Positions 43,537-53,129 of a stretch of DNA of 64,000 bases are shown here, piece after piece (positions within the stretch are counted from its first letter, which is position 1; each line of letters starts with the position of its first letter). The stretch lies in NCBI GenBank assembly GCA_965248835.1, contig CBDFLJ010000001.1, forward strand, positions 1,600,001 to 1,664,000, written 5' to 3'. Made by a program: the position numbers and the translations under genes. Source of the DNA: Alphaproteobacteria bacterium (GTDB lineage: Bacteria; Pseudomonadota; Alphaproteobacteria; MPNO01). The notes under the pieces were generated by a model. That model was not told where the DNA came from. It saw nothing but the letters and a program-made list of their open reading frames with translations, and searched no databases.

Positions 43537-45837
43537 ATGGCCGAGCGGATCCGCGCGGTCGGCGCCCGGTTGCCGCGAAACGACGCCCGGGAGAAGATCG
43601 AAGGCGCTGCGCACTATCTCGACGACATCGCAAGGCCCGGCACGCTGCACGCCGCCTTTCTGCAGAGCCCGCTCGCCCATGCGCGGATCGTGTCCTGCGA
43701 CACCGCGGCGGCGGACAACCACCCGGGCGTCCATGCGGTGCTGACCGGCAAGGACCTGCCAGTCCTCGGCGGCGGCGCGGTCAAGGATATGCCTTTCCTT
43801 GCCGTCGGCAAGGTGCGCTACCTCGGCGAGCCCGTCGCCGTGGTCGCGGCCGAAAGCCCGGCGATCGCCCGCGAAGCGGCCCGGCTCATCGATGTCGAAT
43901 ACGAGGCGCTTCCCGCCGTCCTTTCGATCGCCGACGCTCTGGCCGAGGGTGCGTCGCTGGTGCACGAGGACTTCGGAGGCTACGCAAAGTCCCACCCGGT
44001 GGAGCACGACGGCAACGTGCTGTCCTTTCAGGAGATGGTCGAGGGCGACGTCGATGCCGCCTGGGCGGACTGCGACATGATCGTTGAGAACACCTTCACC
44101 ACCCAGGCCCAGTACCACCACGCGCTGGAGCCCACCGGGGCGCTTGCCGAATTCGACGCGGCCGGCAAGGTGACCATCTGGTCGACCACCCAATCGGTGT
44201 TCCGCGTCCAGGCGGAGGTCGCCGAACTCCTCGCCATGCCGATGTCCAAGATCCGCGCGATCTCGCCGCGGATCGGCGGGACGTTCGGCGGCAAGGGGGG
44301 CGCGCATCTCCAGCCCGTTGCGGTGGAACTGGCGCGCCGCGCCGGCCGTCCGGTGAAGGTGGTGCTGCCGCGCGCGGACGATTTCACGATGATGCTGCGG
44401 CGTCATCCGGCGCGGATCCATATCAAGACCGGCGCGAGGAAGGACGGCACCGTGCTGGCGCGCGAGGTCGACATCGTCCTCGACGGCGGCGCCTATTGCA
44501 ACGAGAGCCCGGCGGTCCTGGGCTTTGCGATGCTGATGGCGCGCGGGCCTTATACCATTGCCAACGTCCGCGCCACCGGTCGCGTGGTCTACACCAACAA
44601 GCTCCGGTCCGGCGGTTTTCGCGGCTTCGGCAATCCGCAATCGACCTTCGCCGGCGAATCCCAGCTCGATGAGCTCGCCGCCTGTCTGGGCATCGACCCC
44701 TTCGAGATCCGGCTCAAGAACGCAATGCGCGCCGGCGACAAATGGATGGGGGGACAGACCGTCGAGGCCTGCGGCCTCATCGAGTGCATCGAAAAGGTCC
44801 GCGCGGCAGTGCGCGGCCGGCCGCGGCGCGCCGAAGCGCCGGACGGCAGCAAGCGCGGGCTCGGGATCGCCTGCCTCGCTCATGTCTGCGGGTTCCTGTC
44901 GACCAGCGCCAACGTGCGCCTGCTCGAGGACGGCACGGTTACGCTCAGCACCGGCGCGGTCGATTGCGGCCAGGGGTCCGACATCGCGCTGGCCCAGATC
45001 TGCGCCGAGACGCTTGGCCTGGACATCTCGGCGGTTAACGCCGTCAATCCCGACACCGATGCCTCGCCCTATAATTGGGGAACTTCCGGCAGCCGCGTAA
45101 CCTACATGGTGGGCCGGGCGGTCGCTGCCGCCTGCGAGGAGGTCAAGGAGCGCATCTTCGCGCACGCCGCGGAGATGCTCGAATGCGCCGTCGAGGATCT
45201 CGAACTGCGTCCGGGCGGCTTCGTCGGCATCGCCGGGGTACCCGACCGGCAGGTCAGCTTCGCCGCCGTTTCCGACCGCGCCCATTGGGCGATCGGCGGG
45301 CCGATCATGGGCCAGAACGCGCTGATGTACGATGGCGAGCGGTTCGATCCCAAGCGCGCAGTGATCCGCGGATTCCCGTTCTCCAACATCGGCACATACG
45401 TGTTCGGTGCCCAGGCGGTCGAGGTCGAGGTCGACGAGGCTACCGGCCGGATTACGCCGCTCGAGGCGTGGTGCGCCCACGATGTCGGCCGGGCGATCAA
45501 CCCCCTGACGGTCGAGGGACAGATCCAGGGCGGTTTCGTCCAAGGTCTCGGCTACGCGCTGACCGAAGAACTGGTCTGGGACGACGGCGCGCTCGTCAAC
45601 CCGACGATGATGGACTACAAGGCGCCCGGCGCGATGGACGTGCCATACGCGATCAACCCGATCATCGTCGAGCACCCCGAGCCGTCCGGCCCGTTCGGCG
45701 CGAAGGCGATCGGTGAGCCCGGCCTGATCGGCGCCGCGCCTGCGGTCGCCAACGCGGTCGCCGATGCGACCGGGACCCGGCTGCGCGAACTGCCGATGAC
45801 GCCCGAGCGCGTGCTGGGCGCCCTGCGCAGACGCTAG
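43537..45837 (+). CDS. xanthine dehydrogenase family molybdopterin-binding subunit
   Basis: GGTFGGK, GFRGFGNPQ, GQG, GSR, QIQGG, AKAIGE. Confidence 0.93.
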   Translation: MAERIRAVGARLPRNDAREKIEGAAHYLDDIARPGTLHAAFLQSPLAHARIVSCDTAAADNHPGVHAVLTGKDLPVLGGGAVKDMPFLAVGKVRYLGEPVAVVAAESPAIAREAARLIDVEYEALPAVLSIADALAEGASLVHEDFGGYAKSHPVEHDGNVLSFQEMVEGDVDAAWADCDMIVENTFTTQAQYHHALEPTGALAEFDAAGKVTIWSTTQSVFRVQAEVAELLAMPMSKIRAISPRIGGTFGGKGGAHLQPVAVELARRAGRPVKVVLPRADDFTMMLRRHPARIHIKTGARKDGTVLAREVDIVLDGGAYCNESPAVLGFAMLMARGPYTIANVRATGRVVYTNKLRSGGFRGFGNPQSTFAGESQLDELAACLGIDPFEIRLKNAMRAGDKWMGGQTVEACGLIECIEKVRAAVRGRPRRAEAPDGSKRGLGIACLAHVCGFLSTSANVRLLEDGTVTLSTGAVDCGQGSDIALAQICAETLGLDISAVNAVNPDTDASPYNWGTSGSRVTYMVGRAVAAACEEVKERIFAHAAEMLECAVEDLELRPGGFVGIAGVPDRQVSFAAVSDRAHWAIGGPIMGQNALMYDGERFDPKRAVIRGFPFSNIGTYVFGAQAVEVEVDEATGRITPLEAWCAHDVGRAINPLTVEGQIQGGFVQGLGYALTEELVWDDGALVNPTMMDYKAPGAMDVPYAINPIIVEHPEPSGPFGAKAIGEPGLIGAAPAVANAVADATGTRLRELPMTPERVLGALRRR

Positions 45838-45965
45838 GCTTCCTGCTGGGCGGCTTGCGAACCCCGGTGCGTTGCGCTCATACTTCTTGCGACACGACAG
45901 CTTGGGGCGCCGAATCGGGGCCTTCGCGCCGCCGCTGAACAACGAATGACCAGGAGGGAATTGGC

Positions 45966-47111
45966 ATGGACAAACGGCTCTCACGACGGACCGTTCTCGG
46001 CGGTCTCGGTTCCACCGCCATCGCCGCGTCCATGGGTGGTGGCGCGGCAGCCGCGTCGCGCCTGACCGAAGGCCAGGTCGCGGCACTGGCGGACTGGCAG
46101 GCCGGCGCTCCCCCGGAGTGGCATCGGATTATGGCCAAGGCCCGCGAAGAGGGGACGCTCACCGTGGGCGGTTTCCCGGCGCTCGCCCGGACCTTGCCCG
46201 CGGCGTTCAAGCGCGACACCGGCATCGAGCTGAACTGGTTCGGCGGCCGCCCGTCGGAGGTCTCCTCGCGCTTCGCCGCCGAGGCGAGGGCAGGCAACAT
46301 GTCCATCGACGCCTCGCTCGGCGGCGGCCGGGAACTCGGCGAGATGAAGACGGGAGGCTTTCTCAACCCGGTCAAGCCCCAGCTCATCCTGCCCGGCGTC
46401 GCGCCGGAAAACTACCGCGGCGGCAAGCAGAAATTCATGGACAACGAAGGGCAGTATCTCCTGCAAGGCGCGCAATGGGTGTTCGGCTGGCTGCTGGTCA
46501 ACAAGGACATCATCGACCCGAGCGCGATAAAGAGCTGGCAGGACACGCTCAAGCCCGAGTACCGCGGCAAGATCATCTCGCACGACCCGCGCAGCCCCGG
46601 GCCCGGACAGGGCGCCACAAGCTGGATTTACAGCCAGTTCGGCATCGGGTTCATCAAGGACTTCTTCCTCGGCCAGAAGGCCCAGCTCACCACCAGCAAC
46701 CGGCAGGTCGTCGCCGACGTCGCCAGGGGAACCAAGCCGATCGGCTTCGCGTCGATCCAGTTCTTCGTCGAACGTTTCCGCAAAGAAGGGATCAAGAATC
46801 TCGCGGTGGTGCTCCCCGACGATGCCCCCGGCTACCTCACCGGCGGGTTCAGCGTCCTCAAGCAGGCGAAGGGTGCGCCCCATCCCAACGCCGCACAGGT
46901 CTTCATCAACTGGTATGTCAGCCGCCCCGGTCAGGAGGCCTATGAGAAGACGATGATGGAAACCAGCCGGCGCAAGGATGTCCGGACGGATATTCCGCAA
47001 TATTTGAGGCCCAGGTCCGGGGTCAAATACTACGAGGCCTACAACGAGGAAAAATATTTCAGCCGGCGCCCCGTGGTGAAGGTGATCACCGAGGCGCTCG
47101 GCAACCGATGA
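45966..47111 (+). CDS. ABC transporter substrate-binding protein (Tat signal; Fe3+/thiamine/polyamine-like cluster)
   Basis: SRRTVL, SWQD.LKPEYRGKI, APHPNAA.VFINW. Confidence 0.88.
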   Translation: MDKRLSRRTVLGGLGSTAIAASMGGGAAAASRLTEGQVAALADWQAGAPPEWHRIMAKAREEGTLTVGGFPALARTLPAAFKRDTGIELNWFGGRPSEVSSRFAAEARAGNMSIDASLGGGRELGEMKTGGFLNPVKPQLILPGVAPENYRGGKQKFMDNEGQYLLQGAQWVFGWLLVNKDIIDPSAIKSWQDTLKPEYRGKIISHDPRSPGPGQGATSWIYSQFGIGFIKDFFLGQKAQLTTSNRQVVADVARGTKPIGFASIQFFVERFRKEGIKNLAVVLPDDAPGYLTGGFSVLKQAKGAPHPNAAQVFINWYVSRPGQEAYEKTMMETSRRKDVRTDIPQYLRPRSGVKYYEAYNEEKYFSRRPVVKVITEALGNR

Positions 47112-47149
47112 CCCGCGGCGGCGGGCGGCGCTGAACCAAGGCAGCGCGG

Positions 47150-47668
47150 ATGACCGGCGGCAGCCGCGAGGCGTCGGCATCCCTGCTGCGCGGGGCGCTC
47201 CGCGCAGGAGTCGATGCGTGCGTCTACCTGCCCGACAGCGTCCTGTCCTCGGTCATCAGCGCCTTCCGCGACAGCGGCGAAATGATGATGGTGCCTTGCG
47301 CGCGCGAGGACGAGGGCATCGCCATCGCCGTCGGGCTCGATCTCGGCGGGCGCAACCCGGTGTGCATGATGGAGGCCTCGGGCCTCGGCTACAGCGCGCT
47401 GATCCTGGCCCGTGCCCAAGTGCAGCGAACGCCCGTGGTCGTGGTCGCCAGCCACACCGGCGGCGGCGGCGAGCCCTACGACTATCACGGGGCGACCCGG
47501 CTGCTGTCGGAGGGCGTGTTCAACGGTCTGGGCATCCCCTACGAAATCGCCGGCGAGAGCGAGGACCTCGAAGCCTTGATGTTCCGCATCGTCCAGACCG
47601 CGCGCGCGCAGCGCCTCTGCTTCGGGCTCCTGGTTCCGCCCTACCTCGCCGCGGGAGCGCGACGATGA
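47150..47668 (+). CDS. TPP-dependent decarboxylase alpha subunit (ComD-like)
   Basis: LPDS, AREDEGIAIAVG..LGG, MEASGLG. Confidence 0.82.
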   Translation: MTGGSREASASLLRGALRAGVDACVYLPDSVLSSVISAFRDSGEMMMVPCAREDEGIAIAVGLDLGGRNPVCMMEASGLGYSALILARAQVQRTPVVVVASHTGGGGEPYDYHGATRLLSEGVFNGLGIPYEIAGESEDLEALMFRIVQTARAQRLCFGLLVPPYLAAGARR

Positions 47669-48252
47669 ACCGGATCGAGGCGATGGATGCGGTGGCCGCC
47701 GCGCGGGGCGACGCCGTTGCCTTCACCGGACCCGGAACCAATTCCGGGTTGCTGTACGAGCGGGCCGATGCGCCGGCGACCATCTACAACATGGACATGG
47801 GCTACGCCACGGCGATGGCGCTGGGCGTCGCCCTCGCCCGCCCGGACAGGCGCGTGATGGCGATTGAAGGCGACGGGTCGTTTTTCGCCGGCGCCGCCGT
47901 TCTGTCGACGATCTGGCGGATGCGGCCGGACAACTTCGTCGTGGTCGTGCTCGACAACGAGGTCTGGGGCACCGGCGAGGGGACGGAGCCGACGGCGACG
48001 GGGTGCGGCACCGATCTCGCCGGGCTCGCGCTCGCCAGTGGCTGGGACCGGCAAAACGTCCATACCCCCGGCGGCGCGAACGAGCTCGCCGACCGCCTTG
48101 CCGCGGCACAACAAGGCGCCGGCCCCCAACTCATCGTCTGCAAGACCGACACCAGCCGTGACATGCCGTCCTCGCCGAATCGGCCCGTTCCCAAGCGCCA
48201 TCAGCTCGACTGCGCGGTGCTCATGCGCGCGGAGCTGAGCCGCGATGGCTGA
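47665..48252 (+). CDS. TPP-dependent decarboxylase beta subunit (ComE-like)
   Basis: MGYA..MALGVALA, EGDGS...VLDN TPP-binding motif. Confidence 0.85.
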   Translation: MNRIEAMDAVAAARGDAVAFTGPGTNSGLLYERADAPATIYNMDMGYATAMALGVALARPDRRVMAIEGDGSFFAGAAVLSTIWRMRPDNFVVVVLDNEVWGTGEGTEPTATGCGTDLAGLALASGWDRQNVHTPGGANELADRLAAAQQGAGPQLIVCKTDTSRDMPSSPNRPVPKRHQLDCAVLMRAELSRDG

Positions 48253-49999
48253 GGCCAGAGCGCGGGACATCAGGCTCGCCGGCCCGGACTTCGCGATCAC
48301 CGGATCCGGCGCGGCGCAGCTTGGCGCGCTGCGCGCATTCGGCTGGTTCTGCCTGGTGCTGGTCGCCCTGATCTGCGTGGCGCCGGTGGCGTTGATCATC
48401 CTGGGCGGCCTCAGCGAAGGCAACCCGGTGAACGCCTTCCGGCCCTCGCTCGAGCCCTGGGCCCGGGCGCTGGCAAGCACGCACACGCTCGATTCGATCG
48501 TCACCTCGTTCGTCCTCAGCCTGCGTGTCCCGGCCGCCATGCTGATCGCCTTCTTCATCGCCTGGTACCTGGCCAGGAACGACGTCTTCGGCAAGCGCAT
48601 GATCATGTTCTCGCTCTGGGTCGGCTTCTTCCTGCCGATCCTGCCGGCGACGCTGGGCTGGATCCTGCTGCTGGAGCCCAATTACGGGCTGGTTAACAGC
48701 TACGCCAGGCTGCTGCCCTTCATCGGTGGCGCGCCGTTCAACATCTACTCTCTGGGCGGCATCACCTGGGTGCATATCACCCTGACGACCATCCCGATCA
48801 TGGTCATCCTGCTCGAGCCCGCCCAGCGGTTGATCGACGCCTCGTTCGAGGAGGCCTCGACCATGTCGGGCGCCGGCACCTTGACCACCCTGCGCCGGGT
48901 GACGGTCCCGCTGATCGCGCCGATGATGCTGACGGCGTTCATTGCCGGCACCATCCGGTCCCTGGAAGCCTTCGAGGTCGAGCAGCTCCTGGGGCTGCCG
49001 GCGGACATCCTGGTCTATTCGACCCGGATCTATCATCTGCTGCGGGTGGTGCCGCCCGATGAGCCGCAGTCGATGGCGCTAAGCACGTTTTTCCTGGTGA
49101 TCCTGTTCGTGCTGGTCTTCTTCTACAGGGTCTGGCTGCAGCGGGCGAGCATGGCGGCAACGTTGACCGGCAAGGGGGCGCGCCTTCAGCCACGACAGCG
49201 GAGCCGGCGGTCCCATGTCGTCGCCTCGCTGCTGTTCGCGGGCATCGCGGTGACCATCGCGCTGCCGTTCGCGATGGTGCTGCTGAGCTCGTTCTCGAGG
49301 CTGTTCGGGTTCTTCCACCTCGCCGATCCGTGGACCATCGCTCATTGGGCGACGGTGCTGCACGGCACGGCGTTCATCGGCGCCTTGAACCAGTCGCTGA
49401 CCACCGGGGCGGCGGTGGCGGTCGTCGGTACGCTGCTCTATCTCGGGCTCGCCTGGTTCATTGCCCGCAACGCCTTTCCCGGCAAAGCGGCGATGTCGCT
49501 GGCGATCTGGATGCCCTGGGCGCTTCCCGGCGTGCTGCTCGGCACGGCGTTCCTGATGGTGTTCCTCAACGTGCCCTTCGTCCGGCTTGCCTACGGCACC
49601 GCGGCGGCGCTGGTCACCGTGCTGATCGTCCAGGGCCTGCCGTTCGCGACCCACATGTTCGAGGCCTCGATCGGGCAGGTCTCGCGCGAACTCGAGGAGG
49701 TCTCGCTAATGAGCGGCGCCGGCCCGCTCGAGACCGTCCGCCGCATCACCGCGCCGTTGATCGCGCCCATGGTCGCGACCGTGTTCGTGCTCTCGTTCAT
49801 GTCCGCGGTCAAGGACATCAGCGCGACGGTGTTGGTCTCCACGCCCGGCACGCTCACACTGCCGCTCCTGATGTTCAGCTACGCCACCTCGGGCAGGCTC
49901 GAAGCGGCGTCGGTGGTGGGCGTCGTCACCGTGGTGATCGCCATGATCATGGCGCTGCTGGTCACCCGCATCGGTGATCGCGCCGCGGTGATGCGGTAA
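48245..49999 (+). CDS. ABC transporter permease (fused two-domain, FbpB-like)
   Basis: Two EAA loops (EEASTMSGA, EEVSLMSGA). Confidence 0.92.
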   Translation: MAEARARDIRLAGPDFAITGSGAAQLGALRAFGWFCLVLVALICVAPVALIILGGLSEGNPVNAFRPSLEPWARALASTHTLDSIVTSFVLSLRVPAAMLIAFFIAWYLARNDVFGKRMIMFSLWVGFFLPILPATLGWILLLEPNYGLVNSYARLLPFIGGAPFNIYSLGGITWVHITLTTIPIMVILLEPAQRLIDASFEEASTMSGAGTLTTLRRVTVPLIAPMMLTAFIAGTIRSLEAFEVEQLLGLPADILVYSTRIYHLLRVVPPDEPQSMALSTFFLVILFVLVFFYRVWLQRASMAATLTGKGARLQPRQRSRRSHVVASLLFAGIAVTIALPFAMVLLSSFSRLFGFFHLADPWTIAHWATVLHGTAFIGALNQSLTTGAAVAVVGTLLYLGLAWFIARNAFPGKAAMSLAIWMPWALPGVLLGTAFLMVFLNVPFVRLAYGTAAALVTVLIVQGLPFATHMFEASIGQVSRELEEVSLMSGAGPLETVRRITAPLIAPMVATVFVLSFMSAVKDISATVLVSTPGTLTLPLLMFSYATSGRLEAASVVGVVTVVIAMIMALLVTRIGDRAAVMR

Positions 50000-50018
50000 G
50001 CGGCGGGTCCTGCGGCGC

Positions 50019-51170
50019 ATGGAACTGGTCATCACCGATCTGGAGAAGGACTACCACCGCGGTACCAGGAGCCGGGGCGAGACCGACCACCCGGCGCTCG
50101 ACGGGGTAAGCCTTCGGATCGAGGAAGGCGCGTTCTTCACCTTGCTCGGCCCCTCCGGGTGCGGCAAGACGACGCTTTTGCGCTGTATCGCCGGGCTCGA
50201 GGTGCCCGATGCCGGCGAGATCAGGCTGGGCGATCGGGTGCTGTTCTCCTCGGCGAGCGGCGTCAACGTTCCGCCCAACCGGCGCGGGCTCGGCATGGTC
50301 TTCCAGTCCTACGCAATCTGGCCGCACATGGACGTCGCCGGCAACGTCGCCTATCCGCTCACCGTTCGCGGGCGGCGCAAGGCTCTCACCCGCGCCGAGG
50401 TCGACCGGCGGGTGAACGAGCTGCTGGAGGTGATCCAGATCGCCCACCTGGCCAAGCGCAAGGCCACGATGCTCTCCGGCGGTCAGCAACAGCGGCTGGC
50501 GATGGCGCGCGCGCTGGTGATGGAGCCGCCGGTGCTGCTGCTCGACGAGCCGCTGTCGAACCTCGACACCAGGCTCCGGGAGGATTTGCGCCACGAGCTG
50601 ACCGGGCTGCAGGAACGGCTGGGGGTGACGTCGGTCTACGTCACCCACGACCAGGCCGAGGCGCTGGCGATGTCCTCGTCGATGGCGGTGATGCGCGAAG
50701 GCGTCATCGAGCAGCTCGGTACGCCGGTGGAACTCTACGACTACCCGCGCACCCGGTTCGTGGCCTCGTTCCTGGGGGCGGCGAACCTGCTCGAGGCCCG
50801 GGTCCTCGTCGGGCCCGACGGCGGCACGGCGCAGGGCGCGGACATGTTCCGCTTCGCGCTGGAGACCGGCTGGGGTGCGCCGTTCGAGGCGGTCGGGCGC
50901 GTCCCGTTCGCCGCCCGAGACCGCGTCACGGCGGCGCTGCGTCCGGAGGGCATCAGCCTCGCGCCGCCGCGCCAGGGCGGCGACGGCGCCCCGGATCCAT
51001 GGCGCGGGGTGGTCGAATCGGTCCAGTTCCTGGGCGATGCCGTCGAATACTGGCTCAGGGTCCAGGAGGTGACGCTGCGGGCCCGGGGGGCGCGCGGCCG
51101 GCAGTTCGCGGTCGGCGATCCGGTCACGATCGCGTTGCGGAGCGAGGCCTGCACGGTCCTCGCCAACTGA
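50019..51170 (+). CDS. ABC transporter ATP-binding protein (FbpC/PotA-like)
   Basis: GPSGCGKT, LSGGQQQR, LLDEP, VTHD. Confidence 0.95.
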   Translation: MELVITDLEKDYHRGTRSRGETDHPALDGVSLRIEEGAFFTLLGPSGCGKTTLLRCIAGLEVPDAGEIRLGDRVLFSSASGVNVPPNRRGLGMVFQSYAIWPHMDVAGNVAYPLTVRGRRKALTRAEVDRRVNELLEVIQIAHLAKRKATMLSGGQQQRLAMARALVMEPPVLLLDEPLSNLDTRLREDLRHELTGLQERLGVTSVYVTHDQAEALAMSSSMAVMREGVIEQLGTPVELYDYPRTRFVASFLGAANLLEARVLVGPDGGTAQGADMFRFALETGWGAPFEAVGRVPFAARDRVTAALRPEGISLAPPRQGGDGAPDPWRGVVESVQFLGDAVEYWLRVQEVTLRARGARGRQFAVGDPVTIALRSEACTVLAN

Positions 51171-51200
51171 CCGGCCGCCCCGTGGGGGCCGCCTTGGGCA

Positions 51201-52115
51201 TCAACGCGGCGTCGGGTCTTCGATGACCGGGTTGGACAGGGTGCCGAGCCCGTCGATCTCGACCTCGCACACATCGCCGGCACGCATGTGGAGCTGGCCT
51301 TCGACGACCACCGGGCCGCGCGGCGTCTCGGGCCGCTCGCCCGGCCGCAACGGCAGCGCGCCGGGGGAGCCGGTCGCGATCACATCGCCCGGCTGCAGCG
51401 TGTAGCCCTGCGAAAGATATTCGATCAGCCGCGGTACATCGAACAGCATGCCCGAAAGCGCCGCGCGCTGGCGCTCGATCCCGTTGAGCCGGGTGACCAG
51501 CGTGTGCGCGGCCGGATCGCCGAACTCGTCGGGCGTCATCAGCCACGGCCCGAAGCTGCCCGAACGCTCGAAGTTCTTGCCAAGGCCGAACTGCCGGTTG
51601 TGGCTCTGGTATTCCCGCACCGAGCCCTCGTTGTAGCAGGCGTAGCCCGCGACATGCGCGAAGGCGTTCTCACGCCTGATATGCCGGCCGGGCTTGCCGA
51701 TGATCACCGCGAGCTCGCCCTCGTAGTCGTAGGCCTCCGCGACATCGAGCCTGGGCGCCCAGAGCGCCTGGTTGTGGCCGACCTGGGCGATCGGCATGCG
51801 CAGAAAGACCTGCGGGTACGCGCGCGAGGTGGTGAGGCCGGTCTCCTCGATATGGAGGGTGTAGTTGAGCGCGAGCGCCCAGGTGGCGTGCGGCTCGGGG
51901 ATTACCGGATCGAACGCGACGTCATCGATCGACATCTCGGCCGCCTTGCCCGCGACGGCGGCCCGCACCCGCTCGAGCGAGGGGTCGACAGCGAGCACGC
52001 CCCGCAGGGTGCCCGGCAACGCCGGGTCAGCGCCTGCCAGCGGGACGAATCCCCTGTCGTCGACCATGACCCCGACGCAAGACACCTCGTCATGCCGGTA
52101 TGAGATGATCCGCAC
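51201..52115 (-). CDS. fumarylacetoacetate hydrolase family protein
   Basis: NY..H, DYEGELAVIIG, GKNF, GPW, LQPGDVIATG. Confidence 0.92.
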   Translation of the reverse strand: MRIISYRHDEVSCVGVMVDDRGFVPLAGADPALPGTLRGVLAVDPSLERVRAAVAGKAAEMSIDDVAFDPVIPEPHATWALALNYTLHIEETGLTTSRAYPQVFLRMPIAQVGHNQALWAPRLDVAEAYDYEGELAVIIGKPGRHIRRENAFAHVAGYACYNEGSVREYQSHNRQFGLGKNFERSGSFGPWLMTPDEFGDPAAHTLVTRLNGIERQRAALSGMLFDVPRLIEYLSQGYTLQPGDVIATGSPGALPLRPGERPETPRGPVVVEGQLHMRAGDVCEVEIDGLGTLSNPVIEDPTPR

Positions 52116-52199
52116 GCCCGCCTCCGCGCTGCCGCCGCGACGGGCCGGAGTCTAAAGCATGTCCCGAACAAGCCGAACCGGTCCGCCGCAGAGCCCGGC

Positions 52200-52340
52200 T
52201 CAGTGGGAGATCAGCACCCGGCGGATCATCGAACGCATCGGCGTCTCGATGACGCCGCCGAACTCCCATTCCTGCAGGCGGGAATGGCCGTAGGCGCCGG
52301 GGTCGCTCAGGAAGGCGGCGGCCTTGGCTCGCCGGTCAGG
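52200..52340 (-). pseudogene. possible 5' relic of an Rv2004c-like phosphotransferase/ATP-binding gene
   Basis: KAAAFLSDPGAYGH...VIET resembles the family N-terminus (AFL.DP..Y...IETH); no intact start, early stop. Confidence 0.45.
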
Positions 52341-52355
52341 ATGGCTCGGCCGGGT

Positions 52356-53054
52356 TCAAAGACCGCCGGCGGGCACCAGCGGCCGCTTCGCTCGGTGGTC
52401 CTTGACCTCCTTCACGCCGTCGACCTCTTCGGCGAGGATTTTGGTGGCGGGGATCTCTTCGGTCGATCCGACCGTACCCCAGAGGTCGACCACCCCGCCG
52501 CGCACCGTTATGGTGGTCGACCCGGCGCTCGCCCAGGTCTGCTCGGCTAGGCGCTTCTCGATCGTACTGCGGATCGTCTTGTCGTCGCTGTCGAAACGGA
52601 TCTCCATTTTCGGCGCGGACGCGATCTCGCGCACGATATTGGCCCGGCTGACGATCCCCACCAACTTGCCGTCGCTGAGCACGGGCACGCGTTTGACGTG
52701 GTTGCGCTCCAACGTCTCGGCGATCTCGGGCAGGGTCGCGTTTTCGTCGACGGTAATGACGGTGGCGGTCATGACGTCACGCGCGCACTTGCCATGCGTT
52801 TTGGTGTACTCGTCGGCGAGCTTGCCCGGGTCCTTGAACATCTTCAGCCACCAGGAGCCCGCCGGCCGATCGGTGCCTATCTCGGCCCGGTGCAGCAGAT
52901 CCCCCTCGCTCACGATGCCGCAGAGCGTATCGTCGGCATCGACCACCGGTACGGCGCTGATGTTCCGTTCGACAAGGATCGCCGCGATCTGCGAAATCGG
53001 TTCGTCCGGCGGCACGGTCACGACGCGGGTGGTCATGATGTCCTTTGCCTGCAT
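52356..53054 (-). CDS. CBS-pair + BON domain protein
   Basis: MQAKDIMT, ISAVPVVD..GIVSEGDLL, KRVPV..GIVSR; C-terminal GVVDLWG..GVKEV. Confidence 0.9.
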   Translation of the reverse strand: MQAKDIMTTRVVTVPPDEPISQIAAILVERNISAVPVVDADDTLCGIVSEGDLLHRAEIGTDRPAGSWWLKMFKDPGKLADEYTKTHGKCARDVMTATVITVDENATLPEIAETLERNHVKRVPVLSDGKLVGIVSRANIVREIASAPKMEIRFDSDDKTIRSTIEKRLAEQTWASAGSTTITVRGGVVDLWGTVGSTEEIPATKILAEEVDGVKEVKDHRAKRPLVPAGGL

Positions 53055-53115
53055 GGCGGTGTTCCACGATTTTCTGGCCCGGGGGCCGACCTCCAGCGCC
53101 GCAGTATACGACGCA

Positions 53116-53129
53116 TTAACCTGGATCAA
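53116..53129 (-). promoter_or_regulatory. FNR/FixK-like box upstream of the CBS-BON gene
   Basis: TTGAT-CCAG-GTTAA on the minus strand. Confidence 0.5.
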
